Under the pieces are notes generated by a model, which saw nothing but the letters and a program-made list of their open reading frames with translations, was not told the DNA's origin and did not search any database. From contig OZ024743.1 of NCBI GenBank assembly GCA_964016885.1, positions 346,642,001 through 346,706,000 on the forward strand: a stretch of 64,000 nucleotides of DNA. The letters run 5' to 3'. Position numbers and translations under genes: made by a program. Every line of letters starts with the position of its first letter. Position 1 is the first letter of the stretch. Below, one piece after another: positions 1 to 15,250 of this stretch. The stretch is from Eledone cirrhosa. Its lineage: Eukaryota.

Positions 1-303
1 AGTTATCAGCGGCGGGGTTTGAAGTCAGACCGTAAAATAATATAGAAAAATATAGTCTTGTAAAGGCTTATAATTTGAAAGGGATGACTATTAAAGTGAA
101 CTATACTAACCAAGTAACAAGGCCCGTAATCTGTAGGCACGTGACTGTAGACACCTGATATATTCTTAACATTAATTCTGACCCTAATTCTAACCCTACA
201 CCTAACCGTAAATGTAATTCTAACATTAATTCTCACAAACTCATGTTGATATATCGAGTACTCATGCTTTCGTAACAATGAATTCGTTCGCAGATATGTA
301 CAT

Positions 304-366
<63 letters not shown>

Positions 367-793
367 ACATGTAGACGAACGTCCTTATGGACGTGCGTCT
401 ACGCGAGTGAACTCATATTTGAGAAGCTTCCTATTCCAGATTCAGGAACGAACATTATTCGATCGTTCCTCCAGCTGATCGGCAGTGAAACATATGTAAT
501 ATGTAATTGAATATGTATATGATGCAATACTGATTCTTTGTTCCCATTTATTATTATCCATATTCTGCTCCCCAAGTGCCCAAGAGCATCGAGTGCTCCT
601 CTTGGCATATCGACTGTGAACGCAATTCAATTGCACTTCTACTACCTATATATATACAGGAAAAAGTTTAACCCCAACGATTTGAGCTCTACCGTCAGGT
701 TAAAACTTTTTCCTATTAACCACTCTACTACCCTAAGTATTGTGTACTCTTGTGCGTTATGGTCCATCTGGTTCCTTACCACACCTCCTTCGT

Positions 794-892
<99 letters not shown>

Positions 893-1022
893 GGATACTA
901 TTTATAGTTATGTATATATCATAGACAACTATAAACAGGGAAGGTCAGTAATTTATTACTACCTTATTACCAGTAAGATAAATAGCTCAATGTAAGAACA
1001 TCATTTGTTATACAGAGCAGTA

Positions 1023-1415
1023 ATATAGAATGCACAAGAATCAAAGCTATGTTAGAACATTTAATTGCTGACAATTGTTTCTTCCAAGCCTAGGCTTGAC
1101 CGCTTCGGAGCATTATTAATAATGTTTGTACATATAATCAGTCTCCTATTCTGCTGAAGAGGCATACAGATACATATTTTGGACAACATTTTGGGATGGA
1201 TGCGACATATATTATGTTATACTATAATTGTACAATAGGATTCAAAATTACAATTAAAAGCTTTTGGTGGAGCACATGTGACAGATAATACAAGAGCGTC
1301 TAGTAAATAAATAAAATTAAAGAGACAATACGTGCGCTAGTCATATAGGCTTGGAAGAAACAATTGACAGCAATTAAATGTTCTAACATAGCTTTGATTC
1401 TTGTGTATTCTATAT
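1023..1415. repeat. Element with terminal inverted repeats of about 70 bp next to (TA)n
   Basis: 1023-1092 is the reverse complement of 1346-1415. Confidence 0.85.
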
Positions 1416-1439
1416 ATATATATATATATATATATGTGT

Positions 1440-1527
<88 letters not shown>

Positions 1528-2213
1528 AAACTAAAGAGAATTAACGACACAGTAGAATGAAGAAATATATTAGTTTAACGGTTGATAGAGTACAAAATAT
1601 GTCTAAATGTTTCGAACACTAGTTATCCATCAGAAGATAGAATGAGAAATAAAAGATAAAATAGAAAGATATGGACATTGTGTTTAGAAAAAAAAACGTG
1701 TATATTCAGTCACCCATTTTGGAGAAAAAATTGGATCCATACACTTACCGGTTCGTATAAGCCATTCCTCATTCCTACACAGAGCATCGTAAACTATAAT
1801 AATTTTTCTCCACACACTTTTATTCACATATATGATGGGATCTTAAATGTGTAATACAATGTGTTTAAAAGGTTCGATTAAATTAGATTATTTGTGCCAT
1901 GAGTCTCCTGAAGAACGTTTAAAATCTTCCCCGGTCTTAATTTACTTTCGTTGCAAACCTAAGTTGTTTTACAAATCATTCCACATCTCTGATCGTATAT
2001 ATACATAATATGTCTCTACCTTCACCATTTTCTATATTCCACACTACATCTAACATTTTTAATAGCTTCTCACAGTTTCTCACAGCTCGATTGTGTTCCG
2101 ACGGCAGGCACAATTTATAAATGGGCATTGTATTTTATCTGACTTTGCGATAAGAGCTAAGTTAATGACACGGGTAGACCTCTACACCTCTGTTTTCTCT
2201 CTCTCTGTCTCTG

Positions 2214-2330
<117 letters not shown>

Positions 2331-2488
2331 GAAGAAGTTTATGAAACGGAAATGCGGGTATAAAGAATTTACTAGGTAACAATTGTTTCTATAGTGTGTG
2401 GGTTACCTATACCTCGCTATTTGTATAATATAAAAATATTATCATAAATCGTAGGTACACTGTAAGAGAACACACCAAGTCGTCAGAC

Positions 2489-2522
<34 letters not shown>

Positions 2523-2551
2523 TTCTCTTTCTCTCTCGCTCTCTCTCTCTC

Positions 2552-2642
<91 letters not shown>

Positions 2643-3318
2643 ATGTGTGTAAATATGTGTGTTTGTGCGTTGAAAATTTTGATTGATGAATTGCACCAAA
2701 ATTTTATTTGCGAGAGAAATGTTGCGTCCTTCAGTTCTATTAAACTTTGATGTTACAATTTCAACTACCAATCAATTTATGCGAAATGTATTTATTATTT
2801 TCCTAGACCTATATTTCTAGATAACTGGAAATAAAGAAGTGGAATCCTTTTATTTTTTTCCTCAATTTGTAGCGGCGAATATGCTGTGTAGACCTCATTA
2901 TAAATATGTTCACCCTTAACTATAAATAGTTTGCCATTGTGGATCCTATTTCTGAGTGTTATATTAACACCATAGCATAGTGCTTTTGCCATGGTCTGGT
3001 GTACGGACTATATAAATGGAAAGCAGGTGGGTTTGCTGCAATTTCACATGCATTTAAAACTGCAGTTGCATTACAGCAAAATTTTACAAAGTTAAGTTTA
3101 CCTGTCAACTGATATATACTTGATATATATATATCTTTTTTGTATATAACCTCTATATCTACATGCATTCTTTATTATACAAACAAATAAATCAATACAC
3201 ACATGCATACACACGCGCACATATATGTATACATACACATATATGTGTGTAAAGAAAGAATGTCAATGATTGATAAATAACTATATATACACAATATATA
3301 TATTTATTTATTTTATAT

Positions 3319-3352
<34 letters not shown>

Positions 3353-4051
3353 GAACAAGTATAATGCATGTATATATATATATTATATTATATATATATA
3401 TATGTGTGTGTGTGCGTGTTTGTGTGTGTGTATAGAAGAGATTGAAAGGAAGAGGAAGGGGCACAGATCGCAAGATAGTTGAAAATGTAGAAATCTGGAG
3501 ATATTTAAAGTGAAACATTAATGACAGACACGTATGATAATGAATTCAAATAAACATTTTGAACACATCTCCACCTTATTTTCAACATACTTTAACTGAA
3601 ACACTACTCACACTTCTACCATTTTGTCGTCATTGACGCATTTCAATTTTGTATGGCGTGATAATTGCATCAAATTCGCCCACCTGAATTGTCTATTGCT
3701 ATTATTTTGCATTTTACTTTTACTTTGATTATATACGAAAGAAATTCACACATTTGTATCTTTGTTAATCGTAGACATTATTTCAAAGACGTTTGTAGAA
3801 TTAATTCTCTGCCAAAGTTCTTCCTTACCTATATCACACACCACCACCACTGATACCAGTACCAACACCAACACCATTACTAGCACCACCTATTTCTCAT
3901 AAACCCATTCTTACTGCACTTTGTGGATTTTCTGTCTTACTTTTTCCTTACCACGTCCCCACTTTCCTTTATCTTACTATCTCTATGATAGTATGTGTGA
4001 AATATCTCTATGATAGTATGTATGCATATATCTCTATCATAGTATGTATGC

Positions 4052-4082
<31 letters not shown>

Positions 4083-4191
4083 CGTAAGCATGTGTGTATT
4101 TGTGTGCATGGGTGTGTGTGTGTGTGTGTGTGCATGTACGTAAATATATCTAAATCCGTACAACATAATTTCACGAATGCCAGCATTAATG

Positions 4192-4313
<122 letters not shown>

Positions 4314-5200
4314 TTATATATATATATATTCGTGCCTGTGTGTGTATATATGCATGCATATATTCAAACACACACACACACATATATATATAAAGATGTG
4401 TATGTGTGTGAGTGTGTGCGTGCATGTATGCCTGTGTTTGTGTGTCTGTTTGTCTATGTATGTAAGTGTGTATTTGTATGTGTGCGTGTTCTTGTATAAC
4501 TAGGGAACAGCTTTTCTTTGAAACATTTTATTTCGAATATTCCACTCTAGTCTAATTTGCTCATTTTTATTAAGTTTTGCATTCCCCTATTAGTTATATA
4601 TGCTTAGGTTAGATTATCAGCGTTCGTAATCCTTTTCTTTATTTCGGTTTCGAGACTTCCACAGCCCCATCTTCAGAACAATAATGCCTATGCTATTGAT
4701 CGGAAAGGGTGATGGATGTGGTCGGAAATCATGGACACATGATTCAAAATTTCTGGAATTCATTATAATTGGTTTCACGTATGTTGTATCCGCATTTTGA
4801 TTTTTGGTATATATTCATACATATTTATCTTGTTTTGTGTGGAATTTTATATAGAATTATTACTGTGTACGAAAACAAATCGTTAGTGAATAATCGACAC
4901 TTCGACTTGGCACAAAGCAAATCTCTCAACATTCCATACAAGCTTAGGAAGCGACGATGAGAGTTCAACTCCTGCTAGACAGCAAAATAGCAGGCTTGCA
5001 ATCGGAAATGCCTATCCTACCCTAGTCTATACAGTTACAAAGATATTCTATATTTCCTTTTATTTCACACACAATGTATCTACATGTAAATTATACACTA
5101 TGAGTTTTTTAAGCGCGTTGCTTGGGGGAGATTTGAGTGTAATTTCTAACCCTAAACCTGTATGTCTTAATACAGAGGATCTCACGTAGATGTCTTAATA

Positions 5201-5528
5201 CAGAGGATCTCAAAGTGGGCGCTACCCCGAAAAGGGGCGGTGTAGGAACGGCGAGGGCCTAAGGTGGAAACGGGGTGGAAAAGATGATATAATAGTATAT
5301 TAGATATCAAATGATACATATTATATATAAACATAGTAAAATATTTATATATATAATATTTATTTATACTTGATATATATTATGTTACTTGTTATATATA
5401 AATAAGCGATTTTATTTATTATATATTATTTGCAGGCAGGCAGGTCTCTCTGGAAATAGGGTCGCTGGACACTGATGGTATTAAGTGGCCCTGAGGGGTC
5501 GGTGGCCCAAACTGTTTGTGAATCTCTG
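5201..5528. mobile_element. hAT (Charlie/Buster-like) MITE
   Basis: Imperfect TIRs CAGAGGATCTCAAA / TTTGTGAATCTCTG. 8-bp TSD TCTTAATA / CCTTAATA with central TA. Confidence 0.65.
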
Positions 5529-5652
5529 CCTTAATAGGTCAAAGAAGAATGCATATATTTGGGCTCTTGTTGAGACACTATTTATTTAGCATTCATTATA
5601 ACCATGTAAATTGTAAATATTTAACAAATATATGCACAATAACACACACATA

Positions 5653-5748
<96 letters not shown>

Positions 5749-6577
5749 TGCACACTGCATGCACACGCGCATGCACGCACAACGTATATACAAACGTTTA
5801 CATAAATAAGTATTTCTGCTTATGCATTGCGCTCAGAACATGTTCTGAGACCTCCATTTTTAGTAGGAATAACATCGGAGGGAGACATTAAACAATATAC
5901 TCCAAGGTCAACAAAGAAGATGGGGTTTTCAAGGCTAGAATGCCGTTGAACAAAAACCCACTTGCACAGGGCTGATTCTAGTTTACAATAAAACAAAAGC
6001 ATGACGAAAATCTTTCACAAATTCAAACTGGCGTAAAACCGAAAATAGAGCCAAACTACTTATTTTCTTTATCTATAGTTAAATCCACATTTACCCCTTC
6101 CCACCAGTCTTTAACTTCATAATACACGAGCAAATACGCGCACATAAATATACACAGACATGGACACACAGTAAACTAAATAAATTGACCACCACTTAGA
6201 TAACCACAGGTTGTCATTGAATATGGAAAATGGACGTGAGACATGAAATCATAAAACATGTCGCCTACGGAGACAACCAGTAATTTCCAGACGCAGATTC
6301 TGGACAGTTTTAAGACCTATCCTCCGCCAGACCAAACCGATCGATAATCTCAAATGACTGTTTTCTTGCTAGACTTGATTACTCGATGTGTAATTTACCG
6401 GGCAAATAAGGTCAATGATGTTATAATAGGGTCACGCTCTTTTATCGTCACGTGTTTGTTTTGTTTTGATATTCTTACTCCATTTTTCCTTTTTCATAAC
6501 TCTTATCCTCCATCTCTCACTCTCATTTTTGCTCCTTTTTTTCTTAACTCTCGTCTCTCTCTCACCCTCTCTCTCTC

Positions 6578-6628
<51 letters not shown>

Positions 6629-6651
6629 TACACACACTATCTCTCTCTCTC

Positions 6652-6695
<44 letters not shown>

Positions 6696-7698
6696 ACTCT
6701 CTCTCTCTCTCTTTCCCGCTCTCTCTCCCTGTTCGTTTTCCCCCTTTCCTTTCTCCCTTTAGCTTTCCTTAATCTTTAGTTACTTCCGAATATGGTATCT
6801 TTCACCTTTCCTAATCCACTTGCATCTTAGCTGATCTTTCTTCCTCTCTATTCCAACGTTTTACTTCCTTCCTTCTTATTATATTTGATTTATTTTTTTC
6901 TTTCTTTTCTTCTCCTCAGTCATATTTTTTTTCCTTTTTTTTTTTTGTTTCACCATGATATTTATTTGGCTGTTTGTTTCTTTTTATTATTAGAAGAGGT
7001 TAGGTATGGAAAAAAATCCCTGCTTGTGGCCATCGCAGACACTCGAAAAATCAGTAAAATTTAATGCCGTTAGTATTGAATGTCGACGACTGCAGAAAAA
7101 AAAAAATAATATGTGCAGTGTGAGAATTGCTGTAAGGTAATAATTTGGGGAGAACGAACTATGAGTTTTGATTACTTCCAGACCTGGAGAAGGTAAATAG
7201 AATATGAGTAAGGATTGGGGGAAAGAGACATGTGATTCGGAAGTACTTTGGAGATGAAACGAGAACACCCAAATCCGTGAAGCAGATGCCACAATAGTAG
7301 TAGTAACATAGGCAGAGAATGGAAATAACATATTTGTTGTGACCAGGCTGCTGTTGATGGCAATCATTCACGTAGCCTTTCTTTAGATTTGGTCAAGGGT
7401 ATCTTTGTGTGTAGTAGATCACACCTGAGTTTTCTATAGGTTTAGAAGTTGTCTGGCTCAGAAGCGGATGGTTAATCTTTGTGATACAGTCCTTGTTCTG
7501 TTAAAAATATGTCTTCTTCAGGATGGATCTTCAGTGATGGCGAGGAGGCCCATAGTTGCATGCTGTTCATGTATTGAGTTGCGATCGTATTTATTTATTT
7601 ATATGTAAAAAGAGGTGCGTACAAATATTTGTACATCGCACGCGAGATGGAAAGACTCCATTATGTGATTTGTACATTGACTCCATTATATGATTTGT

Positions 7699-7880
7699 TG
7701 GATTGGCAGTATCGGTAGAGGGTCGGACGCTATGCTTTGCAGCACAGAGTTACGCCCCTTTATGATCTGAGTTCAAATCCCTCCAAGGTTAACTTTGTCT
7801 TTCATCCTGACGGGGTCGATAAAATAAAGTACCAGTAATGCACTGGGTAGTGCCTTGTGCCAAAAGTAGAAACAATTATA
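7699..7880 (+). mobile_element. tRNA-SINE copy (same family) with TSD ATTATATGATTTGT
   Basis: A and B boxes, core and tail present. 14-bp duplication at about 7685-7698 and 7876-7889. Confidence 0.85.
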
Positions 7881-7994
7881 TGATTTGTACATTGAATGTG
7901 ATTTGAGGGATGAATGGGTGCTATTTCTAGCAGATCGAATTACTTGTTAAAGACTACTTCTTTGATTCAGAACATTAACGTACCCTCCATAGAT

Positions 7995-8115
7995 TACAAT
8001 TGTTTCTACTTTTGGCACAAGACCAGCAAATACCCAGTGCATTACTGGTACTTTATTTTATCGACCCCGTAGGATGAAAGGCAAAGTTAACCTCTACCGA
8101 TATTGCCAATCCACC
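7995..8115 (-). mobile_element. Internally deleted tRNA-SINE copy
   Basis: Reverse complement of head and tail, flanked by a repeated TCCATAGATTA. Confidence 0.8.
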
Positions 8116-8316
8116 TTCCATAGATTATGATGGAATGAAACTTTAGCTGACCAAAATCGCAGTTGTGTGTTTATTTCCTCCAAAGGTTATATTGAGTGTA
8201 AATAATCCCAGTATACACGAGAGTAGTACTCAAAAGATTTTGTAAATATTATCGATGCTCCATCGAAATCAAAGTGGTGGCTATTTTTCCACCATTGAAA
8301 TATGAGGTGGTGGTGG

Positions 8317-8356
<40 letters not shown>

Positions 8357-9549
8357 ATTGCTTATGATGATGATGACGATGATGATGATGATGATAAAGA
8401 CGATAAATGGAGATGATGAGGATGATGGTGATGATGATGATGAGGAGGAGGAGGAGGAGAGGGGGGGTCTAAGAGAATGACGATGATGATGATGATGAGG
8501 TGGAGGAGGAGGAGGAGGAGGAGGAGGAGGAGTAATGCTCCCCCTCCCCGTCAGTTCTCAATGAATCGTTCGACCAACTAAATGTCTGAACACGTGTGAG
8601 ATGTCGAACACACCATCAACGCGTCTTCTCTTAAAGTAAATGCGCAGACACGATCAACGCGACGCAAATGTTCGTCCCTTTTATTTAATCTTTTCTCGTA
8701 TAAATTTTGGTATATGATAATTTTATAGGTGTAGTTGCATCAACCCTAAATGGTTAGGGAGTTCGCTTCGCAATCATCAGGTCTCGGATTTGATCCAATT
8801 ACGTGGTAGATGAGTAATTGTCTTCATCCTTCGGGTCAACCAATGTCTTGTGAGTGAAATTTGGTAGACAGAAACCGTTTTGGAAGTTATGGTTGGACAT
8901 TCAGTTGATCGGAAGACAGAAAGCTCATAGTCGAAACCGACGGAGAATCCATCGTCATCGTTATCGTCGTCGTCATGTGTACGTATATGTTTCTATATAC
9001 AATGACCCTAAGTTCGTATATAATTACGCACGTACATATATGCCGGAAATGAATTGTGAGTGTCTGTCTTAAGTTTATACACTATCTGATTTAATAGGAA
9101 ATTTTAGCATGGAAATTACACATGGTTACAACATCTGAAGATGGTCAACTTTTATTGCACCTTTGCATTATTTAGTCTGACTTTCTAACCCTCTCAATCT
9201 CCCTTCATTCTCATCACTCTCGCTCTCTGTCGTCTCTATCTCTCCGTCCTCTCTCATTCTCTCTTTCTTTCTCTCACATTCTCTCTCTCTCTCACACACA
9301 CAGTCTCTCTCTTTCTCTCTCTGCTCCTCCCTCTCTCTCTCTGTTATATGAACCGCCCATACACAGACTCATATACACTTATATGAACATCAATACATAT
9401 ATTTTAGCAATGTATATATGTAAGCGTGTGGAATTCGTGCATCATGTGTCTGTTATATTATAGGCTTTTGTGTCATTCTTTTACGTTCGTTTACGTGTAT
9501 CTATGCGTCTAACACACGGCTGGTGTACGTACGCTCATACACATATAAA

Positions 9550-9630
<81 letters not shown>

Positions 9631-9633
9631 AAG

Positions 9634-9695
<62 letters not shown>

Positions 9696-9744
9696 AAATA
9701 AAGTTAAATAAAAGTCAAATGATTAAAATTTAGCTTCGTTTATT

Positions 9745-9799
9745 ACTGCTATATATATTTCAGTGACAGCCATCTTTGGCTGTGACCTCTTCAGGCAGT
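9745..9799 (-). ncRNA. Minimal type I hammerhead ribozyme motif (inverted copy of 11318-11372)
   Basis: Reverse complement of 11318-11372. Confidence 0.8.
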
Positions 9800-10417
9800 T
9801 TGAATTAGTATGGTATAGACAAGTACATATGTTGTTTAGGTGTATGATATTGTCAATACTCTGATAAACCTCAGAACCGACTTCTTCGGGACATGCAGAC
9901 ACCTTAGAGCCGGGACCTTTCTCAAAATATATGGACAGTAGCAACACAAGAAGATGTGAACTCCCCTCAAGCTATAGGGACTTCTACAGAACATGAAAAC
10001 ACCTCTCGGCCAGACCTCCCTCAAGCTATATGGACAATTACAACACCCTAGGTTGTGAACTCCCCTCAAGCCATAGGGAACAACCCAGGCGGAGCAGACA
10101 CCATGATAGCCTAGAGACAGAATCGGACATAGCCATAATAATCTGGCCAACATCTATAACACAAACACTTTTAATTTACCAGATTTCTGACTTTAAAGTT
10201 CCAATCTTAAATCTTGATTTCTCTATATTAATTTGTTATTTGTTTTCTGCCCTCTTCACTGTATAACCTTATATTTATATTTATTTTAAGTTGAGATAGA
10301 TTATAACACAAACACATTGAATATCTCATCTTAACATCTTGTATCATACCAATCTATCCAACATATTCTGACCTTGAGATTGGTTATAGCACACACACAC
10401 ACACACTTTATCCTACA

Positions 10418-10602
10418 TTGGATTGGCAGTATCGGTAGAGGGTCGGACGCCATGCTTTCCAGCATAGTTACGTCCCTTTACGATCTGAGTTCAAATCCCG
10501 CCGAGGTTGACTTTGCCTTTCATCCTTACGGGGTCGATAAAATAAAGTACCAGTGATGCACTGGGTAATTGCTGGCCTTGTGCCTAAAGTAGAAACAATT
10601 AT
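10418..10602 (+). mobile_element. tRNA-SINE copy nested in a Penelope-derived element
   Basis: A box, B box, core and tail present. Confidence 0.88.
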
Positions 10603-11317
10603 TTCTCACTTCTCCATATACATTATCATTACTTTTTCACCAATCTCTCATTTACTCTTTATTCTTTATTCTCTATTTATTTATTTATTTTCAAATTACG
10701 CAAATTATATTAATTATTTTATTTTATTATATTATTTATTTATCTTCTGTTTTCTTCATTTATTGCCTTATATTTCTTCATATACATGAAATAACCCCCC
10801 CCCCCCCCCGCCACCGCCACTACGATGGTGGCGGGTGGGATGAAGAGAAAACACAAACTGAATACTTCTAAATTGTTAGCAGCAGCAAGATGTAAGCTGA
10901 CCACTACAACAACAACAGTACCAAAATAATGGTGGAGGTCAAATGTACTGAACAATAGCAGGCATAAACACTACAGGGAGCCTCACCCCAGAAAGAATTC
11001 TATAGACTTCTGACTGAGGAATGCTCTCAGAACTGAACAATGGGAAGTTTGACACATTTTTTGATATTTTGTTCCTTCAACACCTTGTCCCTTCTACCAT
11101 TTTATCAATTTTTAAGCTAACTCCAACAATGACAACACTAATAACTGACCAATGAGAGGAGAAGGGGATCTGTGACACTAAAATTCGTTTGTTTGAATTC
11201 ATATGACTCCAGTTCCCCAGTGAATTAACAACCCAACAAGGAACTGGGCATATCAGAGTATTGACAATATCATACACCTAAACAACATATGTACTTGTCT
11301 ATACCATACTAATTCAA

Positions 11318-11372
11318 ACTGCCTGAAGAGGTCACAGCCAAAGATGGCTGTCACTGAAATATATATAGCAGT
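11318..11372 (+). ncRNA. Minimal type I hammerhead ribozyme motif
   Basis: Stem I ACUGC/GCAGU; CUGAAGA; stem II GGUCACAGCCA-aaga-UGGCUGUCACU; GAAA; palindromic UAUAUA stem III; AUA cleavage triplet. Confidence 0.8.
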
Positions 11373-11517
11373 AATAAACGAAGCTAAATTTTAATCATTT
11401 GACTTTTATTTAACTTTATTTTACACTACTCCGGAGTAACCAAACCAACCTGCGCACTTCGTCGAGTGCTCCAGCCTGCATACTGAGGTGTTGGTATACA
11501 ACCAACATAAACTCAAA

Positions 11518-11564
<47 letters not shown>

Positions 11565-11938
11565 CTCTGGTATATTCATATCCATTGAGCGCTCGCCAAC
11601 AGAATTGGAAATGCGATTCTCGCTAAATGTATATTAGTATTAATCTCCCAAGTCTAGCAAATAACCAGTTAATTTTCTTGATATTTTTAGTTAATTCTAT
11701 TGACTGATTAATCGCTTAATTTTATTTTAAAAACTACTCAGTTGAGAGTTTAATTCGTTTGGTGCTTTTTTTGCAGATTTTTGCCAAAACTAGGGGTTTT
11801 CTCCCCTTTGGACTTCACATGTGCTCTCGAACACTGTGGGATCCTGGCGCACGCAGAACAATTCGCCAACACAATTCGGAAGTTGCATTTCGCTAATTTC
11901 TACTCGCCGAAATGCAATTCCTGCTAAATAAACATATA

Positions 11939-12016
<78 letters not shown>

Positions 12017-12299
12017 CATCCATACACGAGGTTCAGTTGAAAATTCATAACCTAACCAAGATACTCTCATAGAATGCGCAAATGATGTTAATTATTCAAC
12101 ATATTCCTTAGAAGGTAACAATACCGTTATTAATATGGAGAGTTGAAATTAATGCTTGTAAGATTTCACACCTCTAGCATGCCTGTTTTATAGTCAGCCT
12201 ATAAACGTTTGGTATATTATGCATTCATATGCACATATATATGAACTTAGCTTCGTACGTAAGAATAACACACACACACACACACACATATACACACGC

Positions 12300-12390
<91 letters not shown>

Positions 12391-13199
12391 CACACGCACA
12401 TGCTCTATATACAAAACAATTTTTTTCCTGTTCAGCAAGACGAGTTCGATCACCGCCTTTTAAAACAAGATCATCTTATAGATCAACGCCAGCACCAAGA
12501 GTTTTCCCAGAGGTGGTGATGTGAATAGACCTGTTTTTTTCTCGGAACTTTTTTCGTTTCTGTGAAATGAAGCTATGCAAAATAATGTTTTGCTCAAGAA
12601 CACAACGCACGACGCTATTCGGGATTCAAATTCAAATCTTATGATTGTGAGCTCACCGCTCTAACAAGTAAGCCATTGCATTTTGCTTGGCAAACATCGG
12701 TGGAGACTGATATACATGGGCGACTGCTAGTCTTCCACAAACGCACCTTGACCAGGCTTGTGCCTCAGAGGCGAACTTTCTAGGTACAAAACCATAGTCA
12801 TTTGTGACGGAAAGGGGCATATATATATATGCATTCGAGAGTGAATAGTAATAATATTATAATAATATTGAGAATATTCGATTCGTTTGCATATTCGATT
12901 CGTTTGCAAGCAAACAGCCTCCGAACACCATGTGTTCTAGACGACTAACGACATCCTTATGTCCCAGTAGTAGTATAGAGAAAAACAATCTACAATTGTT
13001 TATGGATTATTGCCCATTATCAATATTGTGTATCTTTTCTCGTAATTTGTCTTTATTTTATTAACAATATTCTAAAGATCGGAAAAGAGAAATGTGGACT
13101 AAGAAGAGTGTATGAAGTTTTCAGCTCCGAATAAAAGATATAACTTCACTTTCCTTAGTACCGTCTTGTTTCTCAAACTTCTGTAAAAAGTAGTCCTGT

Positions 13200-13256
<57 letters not shown>

Positions 13257-14329
13257 AATATATATGAGAGGGAGAGAGAGAAAACAATTAGAAGGAAGAC
13301 TGTAGTGCGAAGAAATCATTACGTATTCGTATTTCTCACTTTATTGACTTCTTTCTAACTCGAAATTGATTTGTAACAATTTATGACAGCCCAGTACAAC
13401 ATTTAATCCAGTCAAATCTACTGCAGCCTCTATTGAAACTCTAATAATGTCTACGATAAATGTGTGTGTTTGCATGTGGGGTTATGAGCAAACTTCTGAA
13501 ACCCGTCAAAGATAGGAAAGTGCCATTTAAAGGATATAAAAACATTGTTGGTTTTCTTCGGTTATTTTGATTTATTGATTGATTTGTTAATGTACATCAA
13601 TAACTATATTCACCTTTGGCAGAAAAAGGTTTTAAAAACAACTTTGTCAACACCAAAAACACAAAGGCAATCGATCTAGATGTTTCTTCGATACTCAACG
13701 TATAGAATTGTGTTTTATAGTATGTAGATCTGAAGCCTCCTCGATGTTTAACCTTATGTTATAACAAAATAAACAAACATATATGGACATCTATCGGTTT
13801 CAACAAATAGTGTTCTGCTAGTTTGATCAATGGAACGAACTTCGCATGAATTTACCGTGTAATAACTGAGTGTTCCTTAGACACCTGTTACATTGTCGTA
13901 ATTTTTATGGAGATTCAACGTAACACAGTATGACTCGGCATTTGAATTACAGACACAATCAATTCACTGTCCAAGTTGTCCTTTAATATTTATATATTCA
14001 GAAAATAGACATTCTCTCATTAACACCCGCGAGTGCACACAAAATACACAGATACGTATGCACACATATATATATATATATATAGACAGGGAATAGTTTC
14101 TCTGAAATAATGTGCAAATGGATGAACATTCCATCAACACACGTACACTTAACATAATTCTAAGGGAAATTCAGCGTCACACAATGTGTAACAACGCTGG
14201 TTCTTCCAATTACAAGTACTACACCTTTTTGACAGATGAAATACCATGTCTTGTGAAATAAAATGTCTTGTTCAATGACGCATCCTGTGATTCCGAATCG
14301 AACTCTCGATCTTATGTTCTTGCCACCAG

Positions 14330-14950
14330 AGCGCAGACCTCCATCTCAACTGGATAGCAAGCAGGCCTACACCGCGGAGATGGTAGAGCCCCGACGGAAT
14401 CACCCTCTTTCAATTCGAAGGAGGTAGATCCCTCATCTGGTACGTCAGTTGCTGCAACACGTTGTCCGCCTCCAACTTAGTCGCTTCGGCCACAAACTCC
14501 AGCATCGTAGCCCCACCTCGCAGAAGATAGCAAAATAAACAAATACCGGCTTTCTCCGGCCGCTTCCTCTTTGCACTAGTTGCCGTCGAGACCTCGGGCG
14601 TACTTGGACCCCGTACTGCTGAGCTCCTCCGTAACATCTGAACGTCGGCGGCTCGCCTGAGGAGGGAGCCCCACGAGGTTGGGGGCTGTTGCAGCATGTG
14701 CCACTGGCCATCGTCTGCAGGAATGTTTTTGTCGTCTTGTCCGCGGGGCACAGTCTCCTTCCCCCTTGCTTTAGGCCCAAATACCAATCACGCTCCCCTT
14801 CTCCCCTCCCTTCTCTACTGTGATACACGAGCTCGTGCCATCCTCTCCCAATCCCGTTCTTTTTCTTCTTTCTTTTTCTCTTTTTTCTCTATGTTTCTCT
14901 GTTCCTTTTTTCCTTTTGTTTCCTTTTTTTATTATTGTTGTTATTATAGT
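14330..14950 (+). mobile_element. 3' fragment of a CRE-like (restriction-like endonuclease) non-LTR retrotransposon, decayed
   Basis: Manual translation gives PDGITLFQFEGGRSLIWYVSCCNTLSASNL...FLFALVAVETSGVLGP...RRLA...LAIVCRN. This matches the PDG-xTL...L-WD-TC and ETxGxxG...AIxRGN pattern of CRE-clade RLE domains. Followed by a pyrimidine-rich 3' UTR and a TTA/TTG tail. Confidence 0.7.
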
Positions 14951-15000
14951 TGTCATTGCTGGCCTGGGTATTTGCTGGCCTTGTGCCAAAAGTAGAAACA

Positions 15001-15048
<48 letters not shown>

Positions 15049-15250
15049 GGCGACCTACGTAGTAAATCGTATCATCGTGAGCTCCGCAAAGGTTTGTTAT
15101 TTTCAGTTATTTAAAATTGCCATTCATGGAAATTTTTTATTGTTAACTGTATATAAGTGCACATACATTGATTTCTGAAAAGGACACTCAAAAAGATTGA
15201 GTTCAAAATTTAAACTTTTATAGTTATCAAAAAAATTTCTTTGAAAAATT

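Larger units (their letters stand above)
9690..11422. mobile_element. Non-coding Penelope-derived insertion with about 185-bp inverted termini, internal short tandem repeats (9900-10090) and a nested SINE
   Basis: About 9695-9882 is the reverse complement of about 11251-11422. Both arms carry a hammerhead motif and AATAAA. (TA)n on both sides. Confidence 0.75.

Noticed and set aside
170-235. Telomere-like TAACCC repeats
   Set aside because: Only a few degenerate units; more typical of the internal repeats of small non-autonomous elements.
8300-8535. Poly-Met / poly-Asp-Glu ORF
   Set aside because: (GAT)n and (GAG)n trinucleotide microsatellites.
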